Counted from the stretch's first letter, positions 30,793 through 40,904 are shown. The stretch: DNA of 64,000 bases from an uncultured Planctomycetota bacterium (GCA_963841915.1 CAWJEN010000005.1:832001-896000), one strand, 5' to 3'. Made by a program: numbers and translations. The notes: generated from the letters alone by a model not told the origin.

Positions 30793-31095
30793 GCGACCTG
30801 AGAAGCCTCCCGATGCACGTGCGGCGAAGCTCAACGCCAAGATCAGGGCTTCAGCCATCGCCGTTCTCCTTCACGCGTCGCTCTTTTGCATCATCGTCTT
30901 CGACCCAAATGCCTTCGATGTCCACGAAGTGATGTGTCACCGACTGGTAGACCACACAATGCTTCACCGTAAATCGATCAACACTTGTCGCTTTGTTGCA
31001 GCCGCTGGCTGATGCTGGTAGCTTTGTCGACAACGGGGGCGACAGGTACGTGAAGCCCCCGAGAACCTCTATGAACTCTCTCGGTCGATCTTCTC

Positions 31096-31779
31096 ATGCA
31101 TCTCGCTCATCGCCTCATTGCTCTCTCATCCGTCCTTTCCGTCGGCGGCTCGATTCTGCTCGTCACCGGCTGCGAGACGCTCGAAGATCTAACGCCGACC
31201 CAAGCCAAAGAGTGGATCGACCGCAAAGATGTTCAGTCGTCGCTGGGTGAATTGCGTGGCAAGCAGGCCGAATCGAAGGCCGAGGTGCAAGACACCTATG
31301 CCGCCCTGCAGGCGATGGCGGACGCGCCGGCCGAGGAGGCCGAGGTCTACTACGCCCAGTACAACGAAGCGTCGGCCGAGCTTCGCAGCCACATCAACGG
31401 CTACGCCGAGCTCATCAATGATGTTGAAACAGACATCGATGCCGAGGTCAGCAAGATGATGGCCAAGATCGAGCGTGAAACCAATGTCGCCGCCCGCAAG
31501 ATGACCGAGCGAAACGTCGAATCGCTGCGCGACAGCTCGGACTCGCTGTTCGATCAGAGTCGACAGATCACCGCACGTCTTGTGCCGCTCGCTGACCAAC
31601 TGGACGCTCAGGCTCGTGAGGTTCACCAGAGCCTTGTCTCCGGCACGAGCGGCACGGCCAACACCAACCTTTCGGCGGTCAAGAATGAAGTCGACAAGCT
31701 CATCGCCGAGTTCGATGAAGGCGCAGACGATCTCGAAGAAGTCGTCGACGAGGTGACGAACGACGGTCAGACCCAGTAG
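31096..31779 (+). CDS. Coiled-coil lipoprotein, function unknown
   Basis: Lipobox LVTG-C; all-helical heptad composition. Confidence 0.75.
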   Translation: MHLAHRLIALSSVLSVGGSILLVTGCETLEDLTPTQAKEWIDRKDVQSSLGELRGKQAESKAEVQDTYAALQAMADAPAEEAEVYYAQYNEASAELRSHINGYAELINDVETDIDAEVSKMMAKIERETNVAARKMTERNVESLRDSSDSLFDQSRQITARLVPLADQLDAQAREVHQSLVSGTSGTANTNLSAVKNEVDKLIAEFDEGADDLEEVVDEVTNDGQTQ

Positions 31780-31818
31780 CGTCCGCGAACTCGGCCGCCT
31801 TCGTCTCTACCGTCGGGC

Positions 31819-32655
31819 ATGCCTGACCCCAAGCCGCTGACGATCGGCGACGTGACGCTCGACGCTCTCGAGCACCGACTGTTCGCCGGGACCGGCAAAT
31901 ACGCCGACCCGCAGACGATGGCCAACGCCCTCGACGCGTCGGGCTGTCGCGTCGTCACGGTGGCCGTCCGTCGCGAACGCCTCATCGGGGCCGACGGCAA
32001 AAGCCTGTTCGACCACCTCGACACGGGCCGCTACACCATCCTGCCCAACACCGCCGGCTGCTTCAGCGCCGACGACGCCGTCCGCGTCAGCCTGCTCGGC
32101 CGCGAACTGCTCGAAAAACAAGGCAACGCCGGCGCGGGCTGGGTCAAACTCGAGGTGCTCGGAGACAAGAAGACCCTCCTGCCCGACCCGCACGGCACGC
32201 TCGAAGCCACGAAGGAACTGGTGAAGGAGGGCTTCACCGTCCTGGCCTACACGAGCGACGACCCGATCGCGGCCCTTCGCCTCAAGGAGGCCGGGGCCGC
32301 CAGCGTGATGCCCGCCGGCAGCCCGATCGGCAGCGGCCAGGGCGTGCTCAACCCGCTCAACATCAGCCTCTGCCTCGAACTGCTCAAGGAGGGCGACGCG
32401 AGCTACCCCGTGATCGTCGATGCCGGCGTCGGCACGCCCAGCGACGTCGCGATCGCCATGGAGTGCGGCGCCGACGGCGTCCTGCTCAACACCGGCATCG
32501 CCCACGCGACCGACCCGGTCACGATGGCCACCGCCATGCGCCACGCGCTGCTCGCCGGCTACCACGGCGCCCGCGCCGGCCGCATCCCGAAGAAGCGCTA
32601 CGCGACGGCCAGCAGCCCGATGCAGGGGACGATCGGGTACATTCCGGGGGAATGA
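31819..32655 (+). CDS. thiG: Thiazole synthase
   Basis: [35 protein letters not shown] and ATASSP. Confidence 0.97.
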   Translation: MPDPKPLTIGDVTLDALEHRLFAGTGKYADPQTMANALDASGCRVVTVAVRRERLIGADGKSLFDHLDTGRYTILPNTAGCFSADDAVRVSLLGRELLEKQGNAGAGWVKLEVLGDKKTLLPDPHGTLEATKELVKEGFTVLAYTSDDPIAALRLKEAGAASVMPAGSPIGSGQGVLNPLNISLCLELLKEGDASYPVIVDAGVGTPSDVAIAMECGADGVLLNTGIAHATDPVTMATAMRHALLAGYHGARAGRIPKKRYATASSPMQGTIGYIPGE

Positions 32656-32723
32656 GTGCGGTGTTGAGCGCGACCATCTTTGTCGCAGCGTCAAAGGCTG
32701 GAACGTGATGTGCGGAGAAAGCG

Positions 32724-33203
32724 GTGTTCCAAATTGGCTACATCCTCAACGGTTCCGGATGGGCGACTGCTTCCGTCAGCGACGGAGACGCCTCGATCGA
32801 CATGAATGTCTCGTATCTGAGTGATGGTCTTGGTGACTTTGCACGCGCCGCGCGAGGGACCCTCCGCGGCATGAACGAGACGACGTTCAACTTTGAACAG
32901 GAACCGGGGGAACATCGGTTCATCGTGACGCGGGAAGGCGGCAATGTGCAAGTTGAGATCTATCGGTTTGCCGACACCTTCTCGCGTTCGCGAGCGGGTG
33001 AGCTGGTCATGGTCGCCAGATGCACGCTTCGGGAGTTCGCGAACACGTGCATTAACTGCCTACGCCACGTCTTGGATGAGCACGGGGAAGCGGGCTACCG
33101 CCAAATGTGGAAGAGTCACGACTTTCCGATCCGGGAGTACCGTGATCTGCTGTCGCTCCGACGCGAATTGCCATCGGTGGAGGATGAGGTGAGTTCGGGA
33201 TAG
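32724..33203 (+). CDS. Hypothetical protein, cassette ORF 1
   Basis: GTG start after GGAGA; more A/T-ending codons than thiG; SGWA...SYLSD...EPGE motifs, unassigned. Confidence 0.75.
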   Translation: MFQIGYILNGSGWATASVSDGDASIDMNVSYLSDGLGDFARAARGTLRGMNETTFNFEQEPGEHRFIVTREGGNVQVEIYRFADTFSRSRAGELVMVARCTLREFANTCINCLRHVLDEHGEAGYRQMWKSHDFPIREYRDLLSLRRELPSVEDEVSSG

Positions 33204-33210
33204 GCCTCAG

Positions 33211-33557
33211 CCCAGCTTACAACTGATGGCGGACGCCGAAGGCGGCGAAGCGGGTCCGCTGCCCCGCATGACGACCACCCCCACCACCCCCACCACCCCG
33301 GAGCACGACGCCCGCATCGCGGGGATGACGTTCGCCGCCGCCGATCCGCACGACGTCGCGAAGGTCGAGACGAAGGGCCGGACGGTCGCGGAGCGGCGCG
33401 AGGTTCTCGCCCGGCCGAACGGCCACGCCGAGGCCGACCTGCGGCGGCTGAAACGCAGCGAGGCCACGCCGCCCGCGCCGGCCGCATCCCGAAGAAGCGC
33501 TACGCAACGGCCAGCAGCCCGATGCAGGGGACGATCGGGTACATTCCGGGGGAGTAG
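33211..33557 (+). repeat. Repeat unit A: REP remnant, degenerate DUF2200-like 5' fragment, and a 90-bp copy of the thiG 3' end (33464-33553)
   Basis: Tail differs from thiG 32562-32651 at 2 of 90 nt; the upstream peptide TTPEHDARIAGMTFA..PH.V.KVETKGRT resembles DUF2200 N-termini. Confidence 0.85.
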
Positions 33558-33559
33558 CA

Positions 33560-33916
33560 ATGACATCGCTCCAAAATGCTTCAGCTTCAGAAGAAGGCGT
33601 CATTGGTTCCGATGCGGCGCGGCGTATGTTTCTGATCGCGGTCGTGACCATTGTGGCGACACCAATATGGCTTTTCCTTTACCCGTCGCTCGTGAGTAGC
33701 CTGCCGCGTCCCATGCAAGGTGAGGCGGTACGCGTCCCATTCATTCTTTGCGCTGCCGCGTACCTGCTTGTTCCCGTTTTGCTTCCAGCACTCACATTGC
33801 GTCGCCCCTCATCACGCGTGCTCTGCCTGATCGTCCTCACTGTACTTGCTCTCATCTGGTACTTTGGCCTTGGCTTCGATGATCTGTTGTCAAAAGCTTG
33901 GCGACGAGGTTTATGA
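33560..33916 (+). CDS. Small membrane protein (about 3 TM), cassette ORF 2
   Basis: Starts 2 nt after the duplicated thiG stop; low GC; hydrophobic. Confidence 0.6.
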   Translation: MTSLQNASASEEGVIGSDAARRMFLIAVVTIVATPIWLFLYPSLVSSLPRPMQGEAVRVPFILCAAAYLLVPVLLPALTLRRPSSRVLCLIVLTVLALIWYFGLGFDDLLSKAWRRGL

Positions 33917-33921
33917 GTGAA

Positions 33922-33983
33922 GTAGGGTGGGCCCCGGCCCACCATCTGGCGCGAGCGACGAGGTGGGCCGGGGCCCAACCTAC
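33922..33983. repeat. GTAG-type REP inverted pair (REPIN)
   Basis: GTAGGGTGGGCCCCGGCCCACC ... GGTGGGCCGGGGCCCAACCTAC. Confidence 0.85.
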
Positions 33984-34320
33984 AGCGGACGGCAGACGCC
34001 GGACGCGGCGGCGATGCTAATCTGCCCCGCGTGTCGACCACCCCCGCCACCCCGGAGCGCGGCGTCCGCGTCGCGGGGATAACATTCGCCGCCGTCGATC
34101 CGCGCGATGCGCGCGAAGGTCGAGACGAAGGGCCGGACGGTCGCGGAGCGGCGCGAGATCCTCGCCCGGCCGACCGGCCACGCCAAGGCCGACCTGCGGC
34201 GGCGGATCCGCAGCGTGGCCACGGCGCCCGCGCCGGCCGCATCCCGAAGCAGCGTTACGCGACGGCCAGCAGCCCGATGCAGGGTGGTGGGGGGACGATC
34301 GGGTGCATTCCGGGGAGTAA
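33974..34320 (+). repeat. Repeat unit B: diverged copy of unit A with the thiG 3' end at 34219-34320
   Basis: Colinear with 33211-33557, same DUF2200-fragment/thiG-tail junction, small indels. Confidence 0.85.
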
Positions 34321-34380
34321 ATTCAGACACTTTATGTGTTCGAGGATGACACCTGATGGCTGAAATCAAGGCAGGTAACC

Positions 34381-34701
34381 ATGAAAGGCACCAACTTACT
34401 TCTGTCTTTTGGCGGAGCTTTCGCCCTCGGTTCTATAATTGCGACGGCCATCGGCCTTACGCTTGTTCTTCCTGCAGCACGTGAGGCGTGGCAAGTCAAT
34501 ATTGACAGCGACGCGTATAGAGGCATCCAAGGTGCAATGGTAGAGGTGGAGCAGTCCGCAGTAGAGGGCGACTGCGAAAAGGCCGCCGCTCAGCTCAAGG
34601 TGTTCAACGACCGCTTCGCAGAGTACCGTGAGGGTGGCCCAATCCCCGCAGACTGGTATCAGGACGTCATCTCTGCGCAACCGGCGAGATCCGAGCAGTG
34701 A
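34381..34701 (+). CDS. Membrane-anchored hypothetical protein, cassette ORF 3
   Basis: ATG with upstream AGGT/AAGG; N-terminal TM segment; low GC. Confidence 0.7.
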   Translation: MKGTNLLLSFGGAFALGSIIATAIGLTLVLPAAREAWQVNIDSDAYRGIQGAMVEVEQSAVEGDCEKAAAQLKVFNDRFAEYREGGPIPADWYQDVISAQPARSEQ

Positions 34702-34702
34702 A

Positions 34703-34815
34703 GTAGGGTGGGCCCCGGCCCACCATCGGTGGCGGGCGACGTGGTGGGGGTGTCGGGGTCGGGGCGTCACAGACACGGGTTGTCCGCATCAGAATGCGGC
34801 TCAATCCGTGACACC
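34703..34815. repeat. Composite REP: GTAG unit (34703-34724) plus an inverted copy of the 44-bp REP family (34772-34815)
   Basis: 34698-34727 is identical to 33917-33946; 34750-34815 resembles 4194-4259. Confidence 0.8.
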
Positions 34816-34840
34816 AGGCGAGAGGCCGAGGGACTCGGCC

Positions 34841-35092
34841 GTTCGAACGTGATTCGTGCTCAATCGACAACGGAAGGAGGACCTTCGACAACGGCTTTCG
34901 ATCGTTGAATGTTTGCGGTCCAGCCTTAGATAAACGTTGTCGCACGTTGGAACACGCCGTTCGAGCCTTTGAAACCGGCGGTCGCACGTTGGAAAGCGAC
35001 GGTCGAACCTTCGAACGAGCTTTTCGCACGTTGGAACGTTTCTTTCGAAGGTTGGAAACTCACGTTCGGAGGTTCGAAAGTGCGAGTTCTCG
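34841..35092. repeat. Twelve degenerate 21-bp tandem repeats
   Basis: Strict 21-bp period, consensus approximately STTSGAA-N7-KTCGMAC, e.g. GTTGGAAAGCGACGGTCGAAC and CTTCGAACGAGCTTTTCGCAC. Confidence 0.85.
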
Positions 35093-35459
35093 GACCCCGC
35101 ATCGCGTTGGCGCTGCGTCAGGGCGGTTTCGAGCAAAATCACGCCTCGACTTAAGCGGTCCGGTGGCGGGGTCGATGGCTCGGTTGGGGTGGGTCGGCGA
35201 CGATTCAACGTCCGCTTCGGCATGGCCCCCCCCACCCCCACCAACTCCACGCTCCGCGGGACGACCGCAGCCGTGACCGACCACGTGCAGCCCGTGAAGC
35301 TCGCGGCGTAGTGGTCGGGGATGAGCGCAGCTGAAACCTCATTCACTCGGCCGACCGTTGCAGGCCTGATCAGGCGTTCGACGCACGGTCGAGAGTGAGG
35401 CAAGGCCAGGCTATTCCCTGCAACATGCACGGCGGCGGCGGTTGCGGTAACGTGAACCC

Positions 35460-37631
35460 ATGGGCTTTCCGCAGTTGCTCAACCCGACAGCCGCTCTTAT
35501 CGCTGCGGCGATTGCGGTGCCCCTGCTTCTGTTGCTCTACTTCCTGAAGCTCAGGCGGTCGCCGGCTCCGGTGTCATCGACGCTTCTGTGGAAGCGCAGC
35601 GTCGAAGACCTGCAGGTCAACGCGCCGTTCCAGTGGATCCGCCGGAACCTTTTGCTGTTGTTGCAGCTTCTGGTTCTGCTGGCGTTGTTGCTGGCGCTCG
35701 CACGGCCGGTCGGTGATGCGGCTCAACAGGCGGGGGAGCGATCGATCCTGCTCATCGACCGCAGTGCCAGCATGAACGCCGATGACGGTAACGGCGGCAC
35801 GCGGCTCGACGAAGCCAAGGAGCGGGCCAAGGGCGTCGTTGACACGATGCGTCGCGGCGACCAGGCGATGGTCATTGCCTTCAGCGACGACACCGGCACC
35901 AGCCCGGTCCAGAAGTTCACCGAGTCGGCCGGCCAGATCAAGGACGCCATCGACGGCATCGAGCCGAGCGATCGCCTCACGAAGCCGGCTGCCGCCTACA
36001 AGCAGGCCAACGCGTCGTCTTCCTTCATGGACGTGCGGCTGCGGCCCGACGAGTTGCAGGCGGCGACGGTCTTCCTGTTCAGCGACGGCCGCGTGAGCGA
36101 GGCTGACATCGGCGAATTGTCGATCCGCGGCGAACTGCGGTACGAGCGGCTCGGCACGCCGACAGCGAAGAACCTGGCCGTCGTCGCGGCGAGCGTTAAA
36201 CGCAACTACGAGCGGCCCGACGAGGCGCAAGTCTTCGCCCGCGTCGCCAACTTCGGCGACACGTACGAGAAGGCGAACCTGCGGGTCAGCGTCGCAGCGA
36301 TCAACGAGGACGGGACGCTCGGCGACTTCGAACCGACGGCCAGCGGGCCGGTGCGTGTCTCGCTGCCGCCCAAGCGGTGGACGGACGCGGCGTGGCGGGA
36401 GGCGGCGGAGGAAACCAACGCCGAGGCACTCGCCGCCGCCGACCGTCAGCTCGCCGAAGACCCGCCGCGCGAAGGCGTTGATGTCCGTTTGTCGCTGCCG
36501 GTGGCGAGCGTGGTGCGGGTCGAGATCGTCGACGACCAGGGTCGTCCCGTGGAGGATGCGCTCAAGGCTGATGACGAGGCCTACGTCGTCGTTCCGCCGC
36601 CCGAGCCGTTGCGGGTGTTGCTGGTCACGCGTGGCACGTACTGGCTTCGGCTGCTCGTCGAGACGCAACGTCTTGACGACCCGAAGATCGTTTCGCCCGC
36701 CGAGTACGAAGCACTGCTCGCCGACGGCGGCGACGACGGGGCGGCCACGTACGACGTGACGATCTTCGACAACTATCAGCCGACGGCGTTGCCCGAGGCC
36801 GGCACGTTCGTCTTCAGCGGGCAGCTTCCACCGGAGGGGGCAACGGAAATCGAGGCGATCACGGGTGACGACGGCGTTGCACTCTTCTACGAAGGCAGCG
36901 GCGTCCTCGACTGGGACCGCGACCACCCGATGCTGGCAGGGCTCAACCTCAACCGTTTGTGGGCGGCAGAGGGGCGTCGGGTCCCGGTCCCGACGGCTGC
37001 TGAAATGCTCATCGAAGGTGTCGACGGTCCGATGGCCATCCTGGAGCGTCTTGGCCGCCGAACGAACCTTGTCTTCACCTTTGATCTGGCTCAAAGCAAC
37101 TGGCCACGGCACCGGACCTTTCCGATCTTCTTTTACCTGGCCTTTGAGTACTTCACACAGAGCGGCGACGTCGGGACACGCGAGTCGTTCCGCCCGGGCG
37201 AAGTCGTGGCGGTGCCTCCCGTAGCCCTGGAGCGGGCGGACGTTGAGGACGGTGTGGCGTTGCTGGGGCCGAACGGCTCGCGGCTGACGGCCCGTGTCGA
37301 TTCAACGGGGGGCCTGACGCTGGGGCCGCTGCCGACGGTCGGTTTGTACCGCACGCAGCCGCCGGTGCCGGGCTTCGAGCAGATTGCCGTCAGCCTGCTC
37401 GACGCGAACGAGAGCAACCTGCTGCCGGGCGCAACGGATCCTGGGAACCTGTCTGCCAGCGACGAGACGACCGGAGCCGCCGCCTACGCCTCGGCAGCCG
37501 GCCTGGCGGAGGACGCGTCACCCGATGATTCGGCCGTCGGCTACGCCGAATGGTGGTGGTGGCTCGTCGCCGCAGGCGTGGGAATGTTGATGATCGAGTG
37601 GTTCGTGTACACGCGGCGGGTCGGCGGGTGA
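35460..37631 (+). CDS. BatA N-terminal/vWA domain membrane protein
   Basis: PLLLLYFLKLRR...SSTLLW...ALARP BatA motif; MIDAS DRSASM; C-terminal TM WWWL...EW. Confidence 0.88.
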   Translation: MGFPQLLNPTAALIAAAIAVPLLLLLYFLKLRRSPAPVSSTLLWKRSVEDLQVNAPFQWIRRNLLLLLQLLVLLALLLALARPVGDAAQQAGERSILLIDRSASMNADDGNGGTRLDEAKERAKGVVDTMRRGDQAMVIAFSDDTGTSPVQKFTESAGQIKDAIDGIEPSDRLTKPAAAYKQANASSSFMDVRLRPDELQAATVFLFSDGRVSEADIGELSIRGELRYERLGTPTAKNLAVVAASVKRNYERPDEAQVFARVANFGDTYEKANLRVSVAAINEDGTLGDFEPTASGPVRVSLPPKRWTDAAWREAAEETNAEALAAADRQLAEDPPREGVDVRLSLPVASVVRVEIVDDQGRPVEDALKADDEAYVVVPPPEPLRVLLVTRGTYWLRLLVETQRLDDPKIVSPAEYEALLADGGDDGAATYDVTIFDNYQPTALPEAGTFVFSGQLPPEGATEIEAITGDDGVALFYEGSGVLDWDRDHPMLAGLNLNRLWAAEGRRVPVPTAAEMLIEGVDGPMAILERLGRRTNLVFTFDLAQSNWPRHRTFPIFFYLAFEYFTQSGDVGTRESFRPGEVVAVPPVALERADVEDGVALLGPNGSRLTARVDSTGGLTLGPLPTVGLYRTQPPVPGFEQIAVSLLDANESNLLPGATDPGNLSASDETTGAAAYASAAGLAEDASPDDSAVGYAEWWWWLVAAGVGMLMIEWFVYTRRVGG

Positions 37632-37636
37632 GGGGT

Positions 37637-39364
37637 TTAGTCCGCAGCGGATAATCCTGCCTCCTGCCGGTACTCTGCCAGCTCCGCCGGGTCGCTGATC
37701 GTTCGCAAGCTGCCGTCGCCGAAGCCGACGAAGACGGGGGTGCCCTGGCTGGTCTCGGACATGTCGGCGCTGAAGAGGACCGGCCCGAAGGTCGCCCGCG
37801 GCGACTTCGGGTCGAAGGGTGGCGGCGGGACATACACCATCGTCGGCGGCAGGTTTTTCAACTTCCGCAGTGATGGGGCGGAGGCGTAGATCGTCTCAAG
37901 ATCCGCCGGAAGCTCGTCGTTGTGGTCGATTTCGTACTGCCGAAACACCATCAATACCTGCCGCATGGCCGAGGCGATTGCCTGACGATCGGGATCGGCC
38001 CACGGAGTGCCGTTCATCTGTTTCTGATCGACTCTTTCTGCGACCGATTGGCCTTCGCCGCGGGTCAGAATGCGATAGCGCAGCCGGACGCCCATCACCT
38101 CGCGTCCCTCGTCCCCCTCGCCCACGTCGGTCGGGATCGCCTCGACGATTTGCAACACGCCACCCGCGCCGTGCGTCGTGCGGAACAGGTACGTCTGCGG
38201 CAAATGGTCGGCCAGCAGCGTGAAGCCCTGCAGATCGAAGCCACGTTGCCGCCAAAGCTCGGCCACCGCCTCGGCACCCGGTTCGAGATCGAACGCGGCG
38301 GCAACGGCAGGCTTGAACTCCGGACCAAATCCCCAAAGGCCCGGCGACAGTGCCTCCCAATTGATCCAGAGGTCGGTCGCCTCTCCCGTCACATCAAAAG
38401 CATCGTTGGTCAGACGATTCCGCCCAAAGGTAAGGCCCGTGTCGAGGTCGAGCTGCTCGGCATCGCCCGACTGTGGCAACAGCGTCCGCTCGATGACGAA
38501 GCCGTCTGCAGGCAGGTTTTGGGCATCCAACGCCGCGGCGCGTTCGAGGAGCGTCGGCTCTGCCGCGACCGCCTCCGCCGATTGCGTTGCGGGCTGCGTC
38601 GTCGGCTCGCCGTGCACGGCGTCGCCGACGGCCGTCAGCATCAGGCCGCCGCACGCGAGGGTCATGGTCAGTTTCAAGGTCATCGAGGCTCCGGTGGTCA
38701 GTGGAAGAGACGACGCGCTGCCGAGCGTCATCGCCCGGCAGGCGGCGAGGGTTGCAGGCGACGCGGCGGTCGAGGCGTGACGCAGCAGGGCAGACGCCAA
38801 TATCACGGCGGGCAGTTCGACGCCGCGCGACGCCAGCTTGCGACGCAGGCTCTCCAGCGCCCGCGACACCCGCTGCCTCGCAGCAGGGGAGGAGCAGTCA
38901 AGTTCCCGCGCTACCTCGACCGTCGGCATCTGCTCGAAGTATCGCAGCACCAACACCCGACGGTGAGCCGCCGGCAGCGTCGCCAGTGCGTCATCGAGAA
39001 CACCTTTGAGTTCCTGCCACGCGAGTGCTTCTGCCGGGTCGCTGCCGACGAAATCGATCGTGGCCCGATGCTCGTGGTACGTGCGACGCCTTTGCCGCTT
39101 CTGATGGTTTCGCGCCAGGTTCCGCACGGTCGCCAGCAGCCACGCAGACAAGCCACCTGGCCGCGAGGCTGCCCGATCCGCTGCCGACGGGCGCCGAAGC
39201 AGAACGAGAAAGGTCGCCTGCGTCAGGTCGTCCGCCGCGTCCGGTGCCAGCCGCATCGCGGCCGCGTGGACGAGGTGCACGTGCCGTTCAACACGCTCGG
39301 TGAAGTTGGTCTCGCACGCGGTTGCCACAACCTCCCAATGCACGGTCGGCCTGTTGTGTGACAT
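37637..39364 (-). CDS. ECF sigma-70 factor with a TM segment and a large C-terminal extension
   Basis: Region 2 ADDLTQATFLVL/AWL; region 4 LVLRYFE...EVAREL...RVSRALESLR; then hydrophobic segment and PTTQPATQ linker. Confidence 0.85.
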   Translation of the reverse strand: MSHNRPTVHWEVVATACETNFTERVERHVHLVHAAAMRLAPDAADDLTQATFLVLLRRPSAADRAASRPGGLSAWLLATVRNLARNHQKRQRRRTYHEHRATIDFVGSDPAEALAWQELKGVLDDALATLPAAHRRVLVLRYFEQMPTVEVARELDCSSPAARQRVSRALESLRRKLASRGVELPAVILASALLRHASTAASPATLAACRAMTLGSASSLPLTTGASMTLKLTMTLACGGLMLTAVGDAVHGEPTTQPATQSAEAVAAEPTLLERAAALDAQNLPADGFVIERTLLPQSGDAEQLDLDTGLTFGRNRLTNDAFDVTGEATDLWINWEALSPGLWGFGPEFKPAVAAAFDLEPGAEAVAELWRQRGFDLQGFTLLADHLPQTYLFRTTHGAGGVLQIVEAIPTDVGEGDEGREVMGVRLRYRILTRGEGQSVAERVDQKQMNGTPWADPDRQAIASAMRQVLMVFRQYEIDHNDELPADLETIYASAPSLRKLKNLPPTMVYVPPPPFDPKSPRATFGPVLFSADMSETSQGTPVFVGFGDGSLRTISDPAELAEYRQEAGLSAAD

Positions 39365-39451
39365 TCGCTCGGCTGGAGGCGCGTGAATCCTGCCGGGCTT
39401 GATTTTCCGCCAAATGTTCGACCGGGGGCTGAATTCGTTCGAGGCTGCCCG

Positions 39452-40720
39452 TCAGAACCGCGTCGGCGAAAACGCCTCGACTGGCACGTGCGTCGGCTCG
39501 TCGCTCAAGATCTCCCGGACCAGGCGACCCGTGCCGGTGGCGAGCGAGAGGCCGAGCATGTTGTGACCGGCGGCCAGGACCACGTTCTTCAGGCCCGGCA
39601 CGCGGCCGATCATCGGCAGGCTGTCCGGCGTCATTGGTCGCCAGCCGAACCAACGCTCTGCCACCGGCGCTTCGGCCGACGGCTTAAGGTACTTGTCGCT
39701 GGCACGCTTCAAGTTCGCCAGCCGACGCTCGTTCATCGTCGTGTCATAGCCGGCAAACTCCATCGTGCTACCGACGCGGTAGCCGCTCTTCCACGGCGTG
39801 ACAGCGACATGATCCTCCTCGAAGATCATCGGCAATCGCGGGCAGTACGTCGGCCGCTTCGTCGTATAGCTGTAGCCCTTGCCCGGCTGAATCGGCAGAT
39901 TCAGCTCGAGCTTGAGCGTCTTCTTCAGCAGCGGCGTCATGGCACCGGTCGCCACCACAAACGCGTCCGCCCGTAAGTCGCCTTCGGTCGTTTCTGCGGT
40001 CGTCCACGCGCCACCGTCATGACGCATGCCGCTCAATTCGCGTCGCTCGAGAAGCACGACGCCCTTGGCTTCCAGCACGCGCCGCAGAGCAACCATCAGC
40101 TTGTCGGGTCGCAGGTGCGCGTTGCGCGGGAACGTCCACGCGCCGGAGATGGCCTCGGGTTTGAGTGCCGGCTCGGAGGCGACGAGTGCGTCGCGGTCGA
40201 GTCGCTCGGTGACCAAGCCGTACCGTTCGAGCAACAGGTCCGCCGTTTTCGAGAAGCTGTCGTGGGCGGCCTCGGTCTCGTAGATGTATTGCAGGCCACC
40301 TTGCTCGAAGTCGCAGTCGATGCCGTACGTCTCGATGATCTGCGTGTACAGATCGCGCGAGCTTTCGAGCAGCGGGTGCAGGGCGCTCGCTGCGGCCAGC
40401 ATGTCGCGCTTATTGCACCGCCGCATGAACCGCCATAGCCACGCGATCAGCGTCGGATCGAGGCGTGGTTTGATGTAGAGCGCGTTTGACGGGAACAGCG
40501 ACTTGAGCGCGTTCTGCCGAATCGCGCCGGGCCTGGCCAGCGGCAGGGCGTGGCTGGGGCAGACGTAGCCGCAGTTGCCGTGACTGCAGGCGGCGCCGAA
40601 GGTGCTGCGGTCGAGGATGGCGACGCTTTGGCCGGTCTGTGCGAGTTCCAGCGCGCAACACGCACCTATCACACCACCGCCGATGATGCAGACGTCGAAG
40701 CGGTCATGGGCGTCATTCAT
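39452..40720 (-). CDS. FAD-dependent D-amino acid dehydrogenase (probable D-hydroxyproline dehydrogenase)
   Basis: IGGGVIG, CSHGNCG, QPGKGYS, GWRPMTPD and GHNMLG; operon context. Confidence 0.85.
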   Translation of the reverse strand: MNDAHDRFDVCIIGGGVIGACCALELAQTGQSVAILDRSTFGAACSHGNCGYVCPSHALPLARPGAIRQNALKSLFPSNALYIKPRLDPTLIAWLWRFMRRCNKRDMLAAASALHPLLESSRDLYTQIIETYGIDCDFEQGGLQYIYETEAAHDSFSKTADLLLERYGLVTERLDRDALVASEPALKPEAISGAWTFPRNAHLRPDKLMVALRRVLEAKGVVLLERRELSGMRHDGGAWTTAETTEGDLRADAFVVATGAMTPLLKKTLKLELNLPIQPGKGYSYTTKRPTYCPRLPMIFEEDHVAVTPWKSGYRVGSTMEFAGYDTTMNERRLANLKRASDKYLKPSAEAPVAERWFGWRPMTPDSLPMIGRVPGLKNVVLAAGHNMLGLSLATGTGRLVREILSDEPTHVPVEAFSPTRF

Positions 40721-40904
40721 AGATGCAGTCTGCTGGCTGGTGCTCTGGAACACGAACGCCGATCGGGCTCAGACGATACGCCTGCGTCATGACTGCGTGG
40801 GTGCGTTGCCGGCCACCCTCATTTCGCGTCGTTGCCTACAGGCGACGGTGGCCGACCAAGTGCCGGATGGCGACCGAGATGCCACCTTGGCTGCGGATGC
40901 TGTC

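Noticed and set aside
30793..31095. TPP riboswitch or a gene between thiS and the lipoprotein gene
   Set aside because: A CTGAGA hexamer is present near 30798 but the rest of the THI-box is not; only a short hydrophobic frame with no credible start.
33226..33699. ORFs spanning the repeat units as functional genes (also 34031-34363)
   Set aside because: They are chimeras of a decayed DUF2200 fragment and the thiG tail, with frame differences between the two copies.
34841..35092. Mini-CRISPR or integron attC array
   Set aside because: The variable part is only about 7 nt, and there is no cas, intI or attC R''/R' structure.
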